DNA of 64,000 nt. It comes from Leucoraja ocellata (Eukaryota). The translations under genes were made by a program, and so were the position numbers. The notes below the pieces were generated by a model that did not search any database, was not told the origin of the DNA, and saw nothing but the letters and a program-made list of their open reading frames with translations. How positions within the stretch are numbered: the stretch's first letter is position 1; every line of letters begins with the position of its first letter. This document shows positions 47,836-60,098 of this stretch, one piece after another. The DNA is taken from NCBI GenBank assembly GCA_036785375.1, contig JAWMAR010000030.1:992001-1056000 (forward strand). The letters are read 5' to 3'.

Positions 47836-49061
47836 ATAGAATACAATACTAGCTCTCAGTGTGAGCCTCCATTGGTAAACAGCATGTGACTGGTGATTAT
47901 TAGCTCTTGGTAAAAATCTCAGAACTAGCATTTGTTAATTTGCAGTGGTGAATAAGCTGGTAATCACCACGTGACGTTTTAATTAGCATGCAGTACCAAC
48001 TTCAGGTGGGAAACAACAGATAACTGGTTGTTATCAGGGAACATCATCAATTTCAAGTGATAAGCAGCACATGGTCAAAGCCTATTGATTCAGTCAAACT
48101 CCAGCGAGTAAACAGCACATCACCAGTGTACATTTGCACACGGTGTGGGCTTCAGGAGGTGTGCGGCTGGCAGCTACCAGTTTGCAGCATGGCCTCAGGT
48201 GGTCAAGAGCTCCCACAGGTAGTTACTAGCTCATGTAGCTGGTCTGAATTGGTAACTGAGCAGTGACCAGCAAACCGCACCCTGTGGTGTCCGCAGAGGG
48301 TGGCAACCAACATTTTAGCTCAACATGCCACCTTCAGGTGGCACATAGTTTAGACTGGTGGTTATCAGACTCAATTGGGTTTTGATTGGTAACCAGAACC
48401 CAATTATTTGTGCAAACTTCAAGCAACAATCAGCTGATGGGTATTGGCTTACATCATCGATTTAAAGTGGTAAGCAGGACGTAATTGGTGGTTGTTAAGT
48501 TGTGCCATCCATCTTGAGCTGGTAAAGGAGCATTTCTAATGGCCAATAACTAATGGTATTGATGCTAGATTTGGATGGTAAATAGCATGTGACTAGTGTC
48601 TGCTTGCACCATCTTTCAGAGGTAACAGTGAGAGACTGACAGTCATTAGTTCATGTCACTGTTTCATGTGGTGAACAGCTGAGGATTATTAGGTATAGTG
48701 TTGGCAGTTATTAGCTCGTAACTTCATCTTGAGATTTTCTTTGGCACATGACTGGTGTTTGTAATCATGAGCTGGCAGCATGATTTAAGGCAGTCAATGC
48801 CTATGATAGGACTATTGGCACAGGTTACAGCTTATCCGCAGAGCAATCCTAGTCTCACCCTGTAAGGAACATCTCCCTTGTCATATCCATCCCTTCTCAT
48901 CCTCTTTGCTTGATACCAGCTTTTTTTCTCTCACTCTTTTTCCAGTTACATAGAACTTATAATGACACATAGATAGAACATATGGAATCATTTACATCGA
49001 ACATATGATTGCAGATGACAACAAGATTTCTGGGGTCAGGGACAGTGAGGATATAGTGATA

Positions 49062-50095
49062 TAGGAAAGAACTGCAGATGCTGGAAAAAAGTATGGTCTT
49101 GACCCGAAACGTCGCCCATTCCTTCTCTCCATAGATCCTGCCTCACCCGCTGAGTAACTGCAGCATTTTGTGTCTACTTTTGAATTTACAAGATTCTGAA
49201 GAAGGGTCTCAACCCGAAAGGTCACCCATTCCTTCTCTCCATAAATGCTGCCTCACCCACTGAGTTACTCCAGCATTTTTTGTCAACCTAAAGCAGGATA
49301 TAGATCGGGGGGTGGGGGTTGAAATGCCAAATGGAGATTAATCTGAGCAAGTGTGAAGTGTTACACTTTGGGTGGTCAAATATAAGGGGAAAACTGTACA
49401 ATTAAAGTCATGACTCTTAACAGCTTTGATGTACCAAGGGATCTTTGGGTCCTAGTCCACAACTACCTGAAAGTGGCAACACAGTGGTGGTAAAGAAGGC
49501 ATATGGTATGCTTGCTTTCATAGGTTGAGGCATTGAGTATAAGACCATTTGAAGTATTGTGTCCAGTTCTAGTCACCACATTACATTTCTCGTCGCCCCA
49601 TTATGAAGCCTTTGGAAAGGGAGCAGAGGACGTTTACCAGAATGATAACTGGATTAGGAGGTATTAGCTACAGGGAGAGGTTGGACAGACTAGGATTGTT
49701 TTCTCTAAAAATGCTGTTGGTTACAGAGAGACCTGATAGAAAAGTACCTAAAATGATGCGAGGCATAGATAGGGTGGACAGTCAGAACCTTTTTCCGAGG
49801 ATGGAAAATCAAATGTTGGAAAACATAGATTTACAGTGAGAGGGGCACATTGTAAAGAAGATGGGCAGGGCAATTTTTGTTTACATAGAGGGTGATGAGT
49901 GCCTGGAATGCACTACTGAGGGTGGTGGTTGAGGTAGATCTGACAGTGGCATTTAAGAGACTTTTGGACAGGCATATGGATATGCGGGAAATTGATTATG
50001 TGTTGATAGACAAGAGATGGTCTCGACTTAATGTTCAGCACAGACATTGTGGGCCGAAGGGCCTGTTCTTGTGTTCTACTATTCTATGTTCCATA
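49062..50095 (+). mobile_element. Penelope-like repeats (49062-49290) inserted in a CR1/HER1-like fragment
   Basis: Tandem and inverted family repeats. CR1 translation LEREQRTFTRMITGL..SYRERLDRLGLFSL and AWNAL..VVE..FKRLLDRHM. Confidence 0.75.
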
Positions 50096-50832
50096 AAACA
50101 GTAGAGCACAGCAACAGTGTGTAATGGACAAGCAGAACTATACCCAATACTCCAAATGTGGCCTAACCAAAGTCGTATAAAGCTACATCACGACTTCTTC
50201 ATTCATATCCCTTCACCGACCAAGGCAAGCAGACCATTTGCTTCCTTTACCAGTATATTAGTTCTGTGCTGCTTTCTTCTATGACTGTGTAAACAGACAA
50301 TATCTGGAGGTTATTATTCACAGTACTGGCCTGCTTCTTAAGCAGTCCCTCGGGATTTAGAATGACTCTCTTCCATTCTAATTCCATGGGTTTCAAGGTG
50401 ACCTGTGAGTCAGTGTAGGACCAGAGGTTCTGCATGTGTGAGACAGGCAGTGTTAGATGGGAAGGTGTTTACTATGTAAAGTGTCAAACTCCTTAGTCTG
50501 AAGAAAGGTCTCGATCCAAGATGTGACCCATTCCTTCTCTCTAGAGATGCTGCCTGTCCCGCTGAGTTACTCCAGCAGTTGGTGTCTATCTTCCTTGTAC
50601 ATTAAGCTTCTTTGTGCTGACCAGCTTATTTGGTCTCAAGATTCTCAAAGTTGCCCTAAATAATCTTTGTCCATTTTGAGCAGCCAAAAGACATCAGGGA
50701 TTCTCAAGGGCTGATGGAGATATCCTGCTCTTTCAAAGAGACTTTTTGAGAACATCAAGGTATCATTCCCTCTTCAGCCTGGTAACTTTTCCATGTGACT
50801 GCATTCAGTAGTGTTTAAGTTTTTGGAGTCTG

Positions 50833-51106
50833 GTTTAGAGATGCAGCCTGGAAACAGGCCCTTTGGCCCATCAAGTCCATGCTGACCATCAACCTACCCG
50901 CATCCTACACACGAGGGACAATTTACAGAAGCCAATTAACCTATAAACCAATTAACCTTTGAAATGTGGGAGGAAATCAGAGCACCCGTAGAAAACTCAA
51001 GCGCTCACAGGGAAAATGTACAAACTCTACACAAACGGCAGCTGAGGTCAGAATCAAACCCAGGTCTCTGGCGCTGGGAGGCAGCAGCTCTACCACTGTG
51101 CTGCCC
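50833..51106 (-). mobile_element. HE1-like SINE
   Basis: Reverse-complement SINE: gccaattaacct..tgtgggaggaaa..caaactc..gcagcagctctacc. Confidence 0.75.
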
Positions 51107-51714
51107 ATATTTACACCTCTTGGACATGTAAATGGTGCAGTCTGCTCATAGAAGCCAACTGAGCATATTGGGCAAGGTGAGAGGACGCTGATGTCATCCC
51201 ATTTATTCTGCCCGGCTCCACGGCAAACGACACACGATGGATAATTGACAACTAATGGAGTTGGTTTAACGTGATAAACATCATGGGATTAGTGGTTATG
51301 AGTTCACAGTGTCGGCACCAACTAGTAAGCAGCATGTGACCAGTAGTTATTAGCTCCTGGTTCTGGATTCAGGTGGTAAACGACATATGACAGGCATTTA
51401 CGAGCTCATGGTGCAGGCACTGGTTATAAACAACACATGACTGATAGTTATTAGTCACAGTATTGGCTTCAGGTGTTAACAGCCAGTCACTGGCAGTTAT
51501 TAGCACAGGGTGCAGGCTTCAGTTTGCAAACGATACGGGCGGATGTTTATTAGCATGTGATGCCGGCTTCAGATGATAAATGACACAAGGTGGTTATTAG
51601 TATGCAATGCCACCTCTTCTTTTAGGACCCTGTTACTAGTGGTTATTAATTTGTGATGCCTGCCTTGTGTTCACTATCGACAGCTAATGAGAGATGTCTC
51701 CACTTCATCTGTAC

Positions 51715-52020
51715 GCTCACAGTCTTTTTCCCCATGGTAGTGCATTCGAAGACTCGGGCAGAGGCTTAAGGAGAGGAGGGGAAAGATTTAAGAGGGACCC
51801 CAGAGGCAACCTTTTCACACCAATGGTAGTTTGTATCTGGAAAGAGCTGCCAGAGGAAGCTGTAGAAGCGGATACAGTTACGACTTTTAAAAGACATTTG
51901 GACAGATATATGGATAGGGAGGATTTAGGGGACCATGGGACATATGGAGGCAAGTGGAACTAGTCCAGTATGTCTGGACAAGGTGGGCCGAAGGGTTTGT
52001 TTCCTTGCTGTACAGCTCCA
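51715..52020 (+). mobile_element. CR1/HER1-like LINE 3' fragment
   Basis: GERFKRDPRGNLFT..WKELPEEAVEA..FKRHLDRYM. Confidence 0.8.
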
Positions 52021-52262
52021 CAACTCCACTAGTCTGCCATATAGTTGCATAGTCTCATTTAAGGAAATAGTTGTATAATTTTTTTTTAAATCACATGATA
52101 AGTGGTAACATTGTTTGTGCATTCAGCCTCATTAACATGGAAATAAATTATTGGCCCCTAATATCTGCCAGCTCCCAGCAGAGAAATCTCAGCAATCCCA
52201 TTCTCCTTTCCCCTCCAGCCTTCGATTCTTTTCTCTTTCTCTCTTAATTGTCTATTAACTCT

Positions 52263-52550
52263 CACAGTGGGGCAGCGGAAGAGTTGCTGCCTTACAGCAC
52301 CAGAGGCCTGGGTTCAATCCTGACTGCGGATGCTGTCTGTACGCAGTTTGTACTTTCTCCCTGTGACCCCATCGGTTTTCACCGGGTGCTTCCGTTTCCT
52401 CCCACACTCCAAAAACGTATAAGTTTGTATTAAAAAAATTGTAAATAGTCCCTAGTGTATAGGGTAATGCTCGTGTTCACTGGTTGATGATCACTGGTTG
52501 GTGAGGATTTGGCGGACTGAAGGGCCTGTTTCCACGCTGTAACTCTAAAG
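52263..52550 (+). mobile_element. HE1-like SINE
   Basis: gagttgctgccttacagc..gggttcaatcc..ttcctcccacactccaaa..gaagggcctgtttcc. Confidence 0.8.
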
Positions 52551-53583
52551 TCAAAACTCTTCTTGGATTTTTTGCCATTTATCCAGATGAGGAAGTAATT
52601 TCTAAAAGCAAGTCGACAGACCAGCACATCTTTGGGATGTGGGACTATGCTAACAAAGCCAACAATGATCTATAATAAAATCAATTAATCATTAAAACCC
52701 AGTCAGGGACAACGTACAAATAACTAAAATGTATCACTCGTACTCCACGACATTTCTAATCAAGATCATTGCTGTCTTGGGTTTGCTATCCAACCTGTTG
52801 ATTTCCATCTATGTGAAAAATATATAATTTAATGGTAAAGTCAACACATTTCTGCTATGTTCTAGGTCCCTGTATCCTATAACTTGCTGATTTCTAATCT
52901 TATATTCTAACCATTGCAAAAAAGCATTTTCACAAGATTTTTACCATACCATTAATATTCTCAATATTATTTAACAGCCGAGATGCCATATCTTATTTAC
53001 TTAGTTGGTCTACGTTATACTTCCTTGGGTCATGATGTCTCCTTGTAATGTGCTAAGATCTGCACACATCATTCAGGGCAGGGTGGATGTCACCCCATCC
53101 GCTTCATCAGACGTATTATATCCTTAAGTCAGAGGTTCTGAGCTTGTACCTGGCTTTTTCACCAAACGTGAATTTTATGCATTGTCTGAAGAAGGGTCTC
53201 AACTATTCCAACTCTCCAGAGATGCTGCCTGTCCCGCTGAGTTACTCCAGCATCTTGTGTCTATGACGATTATGCAAGTGGTTTCAAGACTCTCTCAACT
53301 AAAAGTTGATGATTATTCTCCAGGTAAATGTTTTGCATTTGCGGTAATGTATTTATCATATGGTTTGCATACATTTGCATTTCTTTCCATTAAACAACAA
53401 TGCTATATTGTTAGAATCTAACCCACTGTCTGTCAGATGTGATTGCAACTTGTTTGTCTTGTTTCTGTTGTCATCCATCTCATTTTATGATAAAATGTGG
53501 ACATGTTTCTACTAACCTTTTCTCCTAATAATTTTCCTGTATTACAGTTACAATGATACAAATGTTCGTCCAGTGAACTTTCC

Positions 53584-53654
53584 CAAGGAATGACTCTCTA
53601 AAATTCAGTCTGAGGTTCAAGGAATTGCTCTCTGAAATTCAGTCTGAGGTTCAA
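53584..53654. repeat. 34-bp tandem duplication
   Basis: caaggaatgactctctaaaattcagtctgaggtt / caaggaattgctctctgaaattcagtctgaggtt. Confidence 0.85.
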
Positions 53655-54399
53655 AGTGCATTAATAACGTTTGATACAACAAAGGAATACTACACTAGCT
53701 TTTCCAGAGAAAGTTTGTATATCAGTAATGCTGCAATTTGACTTTTCACTACATGATAATTTCCTAGATGATTGGTGAAACTACATATAAGATAACCGCA
53801 TGATCAGTGCTGCCCTCATTCAAAAGGCCGAGGAATGCATACTTTTTCCATGGTGTGTCTGAACGAAAGCAACATTACACTGACAATCTCAAATATGACA
53901 AGGTTATTCATGATTTATACCAATTTTTAATAAGTTATAACAATCTATTCCTAACAAAGACATACTATACTTGAAGAAGAGTCTTGACCCAAAACGTCAC
54001 CCATTCTTTCTCTCCAGAGATGCTGCCTGTCCTGCTGAGTTACTCCAGCATTTAGTGTCTGGGGGATAACCTGCTTGTGCCCATGTATTTTAAATAATTC
54101 TCACTACTGATACAAGTCAAGTGTTGATGGGCACGCTCAGAGGAGTTCAGACCTGTGACCACCTACACTCAATGTTGTATTAGTACATCTTGCAAACACT
54201 GTGTACGAATGGTGGAGGGAATAAATGTTTAGAGATAAATAAATGACGGTGCAGAGTTTTAATGGATGGTGACATCTCTGAATGTCAACGTTAGATGGTT
54301 GGATTCTCCCTGGTTGGAACTGAGTATGTCTTGGCACATTGGTAATGTTAATGCAATGTGACTGAACGTTACCCAGAGCACCCTGCACTTAGGTATTGA

Positions 54400-54990
54400 T
54401 TGCCCCATTTGCTAAATGGTTTCAAATAGTATTGAACATTGCAGAGTCAGTGAATGGCTCTGTTTCTGGCCTCAAGATGGAAGGGAGGTCATTGATGAAG
54501 CAGCTGAAGATGACTGGAGCCTCAGGAACTCTTTCCACGACACCATGGAATTAGGACAATTGATCTTCATCAACGTTCAACCATGGCTCTTTATGTGAGG
54601 TATGAAAGCAAGGATTGGAATGCTTTCCCTTTAATGCCCATTGATTTCAGTTTCACCAGGGGTGTCTTGATACTGCATTTAGTCAAGTGGTGCCTTGATG
54701 TCAGGAGCAGTTATTTTCTTCTCACCTCTGGCAGCTTTAAATCCACATTCGGACTGGGACTGTGATAAGGTCCAGGATTGAGTGGTCATGGCAAGAACAA
54801 ACTAGCCATCAGTCATCAGGTTATTGGTGAGTAAGTGCCACTTGATAACATTGTTGACAACATCTTCCATCACGTTGCAGATAATTGACAGTGGATTGAT
54901 TGGGTGGTCATTAGCCAGATTAAATTTGTCCTGCTTTTTGTGAACCAGACATACCTGGACAATTGTTCACATGGCCTACTTTGTATTAAT
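54400..54990 (-). mobile_element. Old CR1-like RT remnant
   Basis: Minus-strand ALDIKA..D and PINYLQ/DNLMTD..F-like RT motifs, with stops. Confidence 0.45.
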
Positions 54991-57329
54991 TTTGAAACAG
55001 GTTTGTTGCACGTGGAACTTGTTCTGGGGGAGTGCAGACATTTTCCGTACTAACCTAGTTATATTATTTAGCCCCTATGTCAACTTTAAGTGCTGGCTGT
55101 TTCAACAATTGTCTGTGTTTAAGCTTCCCTTTCACTTGTTTTGTATGCTGTTTCTTAATCTCCTGTTCTTTCATGTTTGGCAAAGGCCTTTCACATGGTT
55201 TCACATGCCTTTCAAATCTCCTAAAAGGCAATGTTTGCCCTATTGTTCCAATACACCTCCATCAATTGACCCTCACCCCCTCCTCACATTTGATACATGA
55301 TATTTTCCTCCTTACACCATTCAGAATTTGTAAATAATCGTGTGAAATAAATATGCAAAGAATCTTGTTTCAGAGAATTGAGTGCCCTTGATCTTTCAAG
55401 TAGGACTTTCACCACTTAGTTGTTTTTTTAAAAACGGGTTCGGACTGATTTAAACATTTGTCTTTCCCCTTATTCTTGATTTCAACCTAATTAAAACAAA
55501 ATGATCACGGTTTGTATATTAACTATGCACGAAGAAAAGAGAAAGACATGAGCTATCACAGAAAAAGAAGTTTCGCAATATCTTCTAAGCGGCCACAAGT
55601 TGGAAAAAATTGTATTAAAGTTTGACAAATCCAAACCGGGATGAATTTTTGCACAATGTTATAAATGTATTATCACGTTTTGAATCATCTAACATTCAAT
55701 GCGAGTTTATTCAAGCATCACCACTTTAGGCGTTTTCCCCTATTACATGACATCAAGTAGGGAATTATGAAACCTGGAAAAAATTACGACTTAAGAAGAT
55801 TGTTTATTCCCCATTTCGGTTAGTTTCTCTGTTTATTATATCTAAAGTCAGGGTGTTGCACATAAGGGATTAAAAACTACATATGTTTCTTTTTTGTCAT
55901 AAAGTTTACAGTACTGTAGTTTAAATAAATCACTGTGATAAATTAAGATGACATTTGTACTGCAGAAAGCAGCTGCCATGTTTTTACAGGTCTGTATAAA
56001 TTACAATCAAACGGAGATTTCAAATAAATTCCCGTGATCTCTTGGCAAAAGATTGTCGTGTTAAAAAGGTATTTGATTTTTTTTGAATTACATTCTTGGA
56101 AGCCACTGAAAAGAAAGCTCTCCAATTCATAGAGGGAGTTTATTGCTTCAGTGTACAGTAGCTGTGATTTATTTATATGAGTGTGTGTAGAGAAATGTGA
56201 AAGAACAGCACTCCTCTGCTGTGCCTTTGTTAAAATCCTAGGCTACAATGCTCACTTGAAATATCTTCTATCAACACTAAACTAATAAATATAGAGGCAG
56301 ATGTTGCTACTCATCTTAAGCAAAATTGTTCCATACTCAAGTTATAAAACTGCCACCTGTTAATTAAAGTTAAATCAGTAAATCTGGGATCAAATTGTCA
56401 ATTCTCTATGGTATGCATTTTTCCCTCAATATAAAAATATACTTCCTCTCTTTGTAGAACCATGTTTGATTGAGAATACTAAAAAGCCCCATGAAACCAG
56501 TTTGCTGAAGCGATTTCTTTTAAAGGGGTAGAAGTGCAATGAAACAAATGAAATTGTATATTGGTTGGGCATATAACAGGCAGCCAATCCATAACCATCA
56601 CAACAAATTCTACTCGAACATGTGTAATAATCTTGATGCAATGAATGAATTGACAACAAAGTAATCAAATTGATTGATACTTCATGAAAGGTTTCAAATA
56701 ATTATTAATTAATTTGTTGATGGTTCTGAAGTCTTAATTAATGAATTAGTTGATTAACATTTCAGAGCAATCATGTTTGTGAAAATCAATCTAAACTTTA
56801 TACTTATGATACAGTACAGGCATATCTTAGCTTTTTATGAGATTTTCAAGAGTTCTAACTGTTTCAGGCAGAGAAATTCTCATGACGACAATTGCTTTAA
56901 AGTACAGACATGGAAACATAATGCCCACCTGGGCAATTATATTACCTAATGGATGACTGACAGAAATTTTAAGGACTCATCATGCAAATATCATTTTATG
57001 AACTAATTTTTTTTAAATGGGAAGAAATATTTAGCATGGCTTTTGAAACTTAGAGAAAATATAATATAACACATTCAAATCTACCAAATAATAATAAAAC
57101 ACCATCACCTGTTAGTTTGGACCATTTCAGAAGGGATAGAGAACAACATATCTTGGTTAAGAATTGAAGGATAAATCATGGCATTATCAACCTGTATCCA
57201 CTCATACCATAAAGGAGGAAGTATTAGTAGAAGAGATAAGTTTATTGGTTGGGGTACGGGCGTGGATGGAGATAAATTTGAAAAGCAGTTTCCCACCATA
57301 GTCAGTGAGATGCCAATATTGTTGCTTAG

Positions 57330-58495
57330 TTTACCATTGTCACATGTACCAAGGTACAGTGAAGAGCTTTTGTTTGAGAGCTCCTCAGTCAAAGAAGACT
57401 TCACCTGATTACAATCAAGTTATCCACAGTACACAGATAAAGGATCAAAGGGTACAGCAGTACAAGATAACGTATAGTTCAAAGGACACTAGTACGGTAG
57501 ATGGGAGGTCAGGCTCCTACCCTAACTGAAGGGAGCACCGTTCAATTGCCTGATGAAAGCAGGAAAGAAACTGTCCCTGAATCTGGAGGTATGCATGTTA
57601 AAATTTCTGTACCTCTTACCTAATAGGAGAGGGGAGAAGAGGGAGTGACCGGTATAAGGTTACACAGAAAAGCTGGAGAAACTCAGCGGGTGCAGCAGCA
57701 TCTATGGAGCGAAGGAAATAGGCAACGTTTCGGGCCGAAACCCTTCTTCAGACTGATCGGGGGTGGGGGTGGGTGGGGACAAGAAAGGGAAAAGGAGGAG
57801 TAGCCAGAAGGCTGGAGGGTGGGAGGAGACAGCAGGGGAGCTGAGGAAGGGGAGGAGACAGCAAGGACTAACAGAATTGGGAGAAATCGATGTTCATGCC
57901 CCCGGGGTGCAGACTCCCCAAACGGAATATGAGGAGCTGTTCCTCCAATTTCCGGTGCTGCTCCCCTTCCTCAGCTCCCCTGCTGTCTCCTCCCACCCTC
58001 CAGCCTTCTGGCTACTCCTCCTTTTCCCTTTCTTGTCCCCACCCACCCCCACCCCCGATCAGTCTGAAGAAGGGTTTCGGCCCGAAACGTTGCCTATTTC
58101 CTTCGCTCCATAGATGCTGCTGCACCCGCTGAGTTTCTCCAGCTTTTCTGTGTAACCTTCGATTCTCCAGCATCTGCAGTTCCCTCTTAAAAACAGTGAC
58201 CGGTATAATATTGGTTCTTGATTATGCCACTAGCCTTGCCGAGGCAGCATGAAGTATTGATAGAGTCAATGGAAGGGTGGTTGGTTTGTACGATGGTCTT
58301 GGCTACCTCCACAACCCTCTGCAATTTCTTGCAGTCTTTGATGGAGCTGTTCCTAAACCAAGCTGCAATGCATCCCGATAAAATGCTTTCTCCTGCGCAT
58401 CTGTAGAAGTTGATGAGGGTTGTTGGGGACATGTCGAACTTCCAAAGTATTCCAAGGAAATAAAGGCTTTGGTGTGCTTTCTTGACCATGGCATT
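57330..58495 (-). mobile_element. Rex1/Babar-like LINE 3' fragment, host of the Penelope insertion
   Basis: KKAHQSLYFLGILWKF..ESILSGCIAAWF..LQRVV at 58195-58495. Continues at 57655-57330 to the ttgtcacatgtacc..acagtg 3' end. Confidence 0.75.
57656..58194. mobile_element. Young Penelope-like insertion with perfect 199-bp inverted repeats and TSD
   Basis: Arms 57656-57854 and 57961-58159 are reverse complements. Spacer 57868-57960 (-) encodes QHRKLEEQLLIFRLGSLHPGGMNIDFSQFC*. agtgaccggtataa is duplicated at 57644-57657 and 58195-58208. Confidence 0.9.
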
Positions 58496-58541
58496 GTCAC
58501 AGGGAGAACATGCGAGCACACCACAGACAGTACCCGAGGTC

Positions 58542-59790
58542 TGAATGAATCAATGAATGAATACATTTATTGGCCAAATATTCACATACAAGGAATTTGC
58601 CTTTGTGCTCCACCCCCAAGTTACAGCATGATATACAGTGACAGTTAAGAATGATACATAAAACATTAAACATTAATAATAAAACATTATCGATTAAACG
58701 TGTGAATTAAATAAAATACCAACACAAAATTAGGCTACAAATTTTTGGTTATTGAGTAGAGCTACTAATCGTGGAAAAAAAGCTGTTTTTATGTCTGGCT
58801 GTGGCAGTTTTGACAGTCCAGAGTAGCCTTCCAGAAGGAAGTGATTCAAAGAGTTTGTGGCCAGGGTGAGAGGGGTCAGAGATGATCTTACCCGCTCGCT
58901 TCCTAGCCCTTGCAGTGTACAGTTCATCAATGGAAGGAAGGTTGCAGCCAACAACCTTCTCAGCTGATCGGGCGATCCGCTGCAGCCTCCAGGTGTCGTG
59001 CTTGGTGGCTGAGCCAAACCAGACCATGATGGAGAAGGTGAGGACAGACTCTATGATGGCCGTATAGAATTGGACCATCATTGCCTGGGGCAGATTGTGC
59101 TTCCTCAGCTGCCGCAGGAAGTACATCCTCTGTTGTGCCTTTTTGGCTGTGGAGTCGATGGTAGGTCCCCATTTAAGGTCCTTGGAGATGATGGTTCCCA
59201 GAAACTTTTAAAAATCCACAGATGTGACTGTGGTGTTGTTGATGGTGAGTGCGGTCAGTGGAGGGGGAGCTCTCCTAAAGTCTACAATCAATTCCACTTT
59301 CTTAAGAGCGTTGAGCTCCAGGTTGTTGCAATGGCACCAGGACGCCAGCTGTGACACTTCCTGTCTGTAGGCAGATTCCTCCCCATCCTGGATCAGTCCA
59401 ATCAGGGTTGTGTTGTCCGCAAACTTGAGAAGCTTGACAGGGGAGTCAGTGGAGGTGCAGTCATTGGTGTAGAGAGAGAGTAGAGGAGAGGGGAGAGTAC
59501 ACAGCCTTGTGGTGCTCCTATGCTGAGGGTTTGCGGGTCTGAGATGTGCTTTCCCAGCCTCGCATGCTGCTTCTTGTCTGTCAGGAAGTTGGTGATCCAC
59601 TGACAGATGGGTTCAGGCACAGTCAACTCAGAAAGTTTGGCGTATAGTAGATCTGGCACAATGGTGTTGAATGCAGAGCTAAAATCAACAAACAAAATCC
59701 TCGCATAGGTCCCCTGGCAGCCTAGGTGCTGGAGGTTGAAGTGCAGGCCCAGGTTGACTGCGTCATCCACAGATCTATTGGCCAGATATG
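58542..59790 (-). pseudogene. Rex1/Babar-like LINE reverse transcriptase, frameshifted, 5'-truncated
   Basis: YARILFVDFSSAFNTI, GAPQGCVLSPLL, KFADNTTLIG and QRMYFLRQL..ESVLTFSIMVWFG spread over three frames. (ttca)n tail at 58542-58562. Confidence 0.88.
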
Positions 59791-59857
59791 CATCATGCCA
59801 CACCAAAATCATCGCATAAAATCTCCATTGCACCCATTCTCAGTACAATATTGAAGA

Positions 59858-60098
59858 TTTCACCCAGAGAGTGGTGAATCTCTGGAATTCTCTGCCACAG
59901 AAGGTAGTTGAGGTTAGTTCATTGGCCATATTTAAGAGGGAGTTAGATGTGGCCCTTGTGGCTAAAGGGGATCAGGGGGTATGGAGAGAAGGCAGGTCCA
60001 GGATACCGAGTTGGATGATCAGCCATGATCATATTGAATGGCGGTGCAGCTCGAAGGGCCGAATGGCCTACTCCTGCACCTATTTTCTATGTTTCTAT
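59858..60098 (+). mobile_element. CR1/HER1-like LINE 3' end
   Basis: FTQRVVNLWNSLPQKVVE..FKRELD. Tail ggcctactcctgcacctattttctatgtttctatg. Confidence 0.85.

Larger units (their letters stand above)
45075..51662. repeat. Degenerate ~50-51 bp tandem array in five blocks separated by TE insertions
   Basis: Blocks at ~45075-45220, 45616-45735, 46100-46590, 47850-48835 and 51225-51662. By-eye consensus TAAACAGCATGTGACTGGTAGTTATTAGCTCATGGYRYYGGCTTCAGGTGG. TTATTAG-like anchors at 51296, 51347, 51398, 51448, 51497, 51547, 51594, 51643. Confidence 0.8.

Noticed and set aside
45075-51662. The ~50-bp array as a CRISPR array or a 17-aa coding repeat
   Set aside because: Vertebrate DNA with no cas genes. 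The whole unit is homologous (no identical repeat plus unique spacer), unit length varies 47-51 bp, and the conserved TATTAG places a stop in the most open frame.
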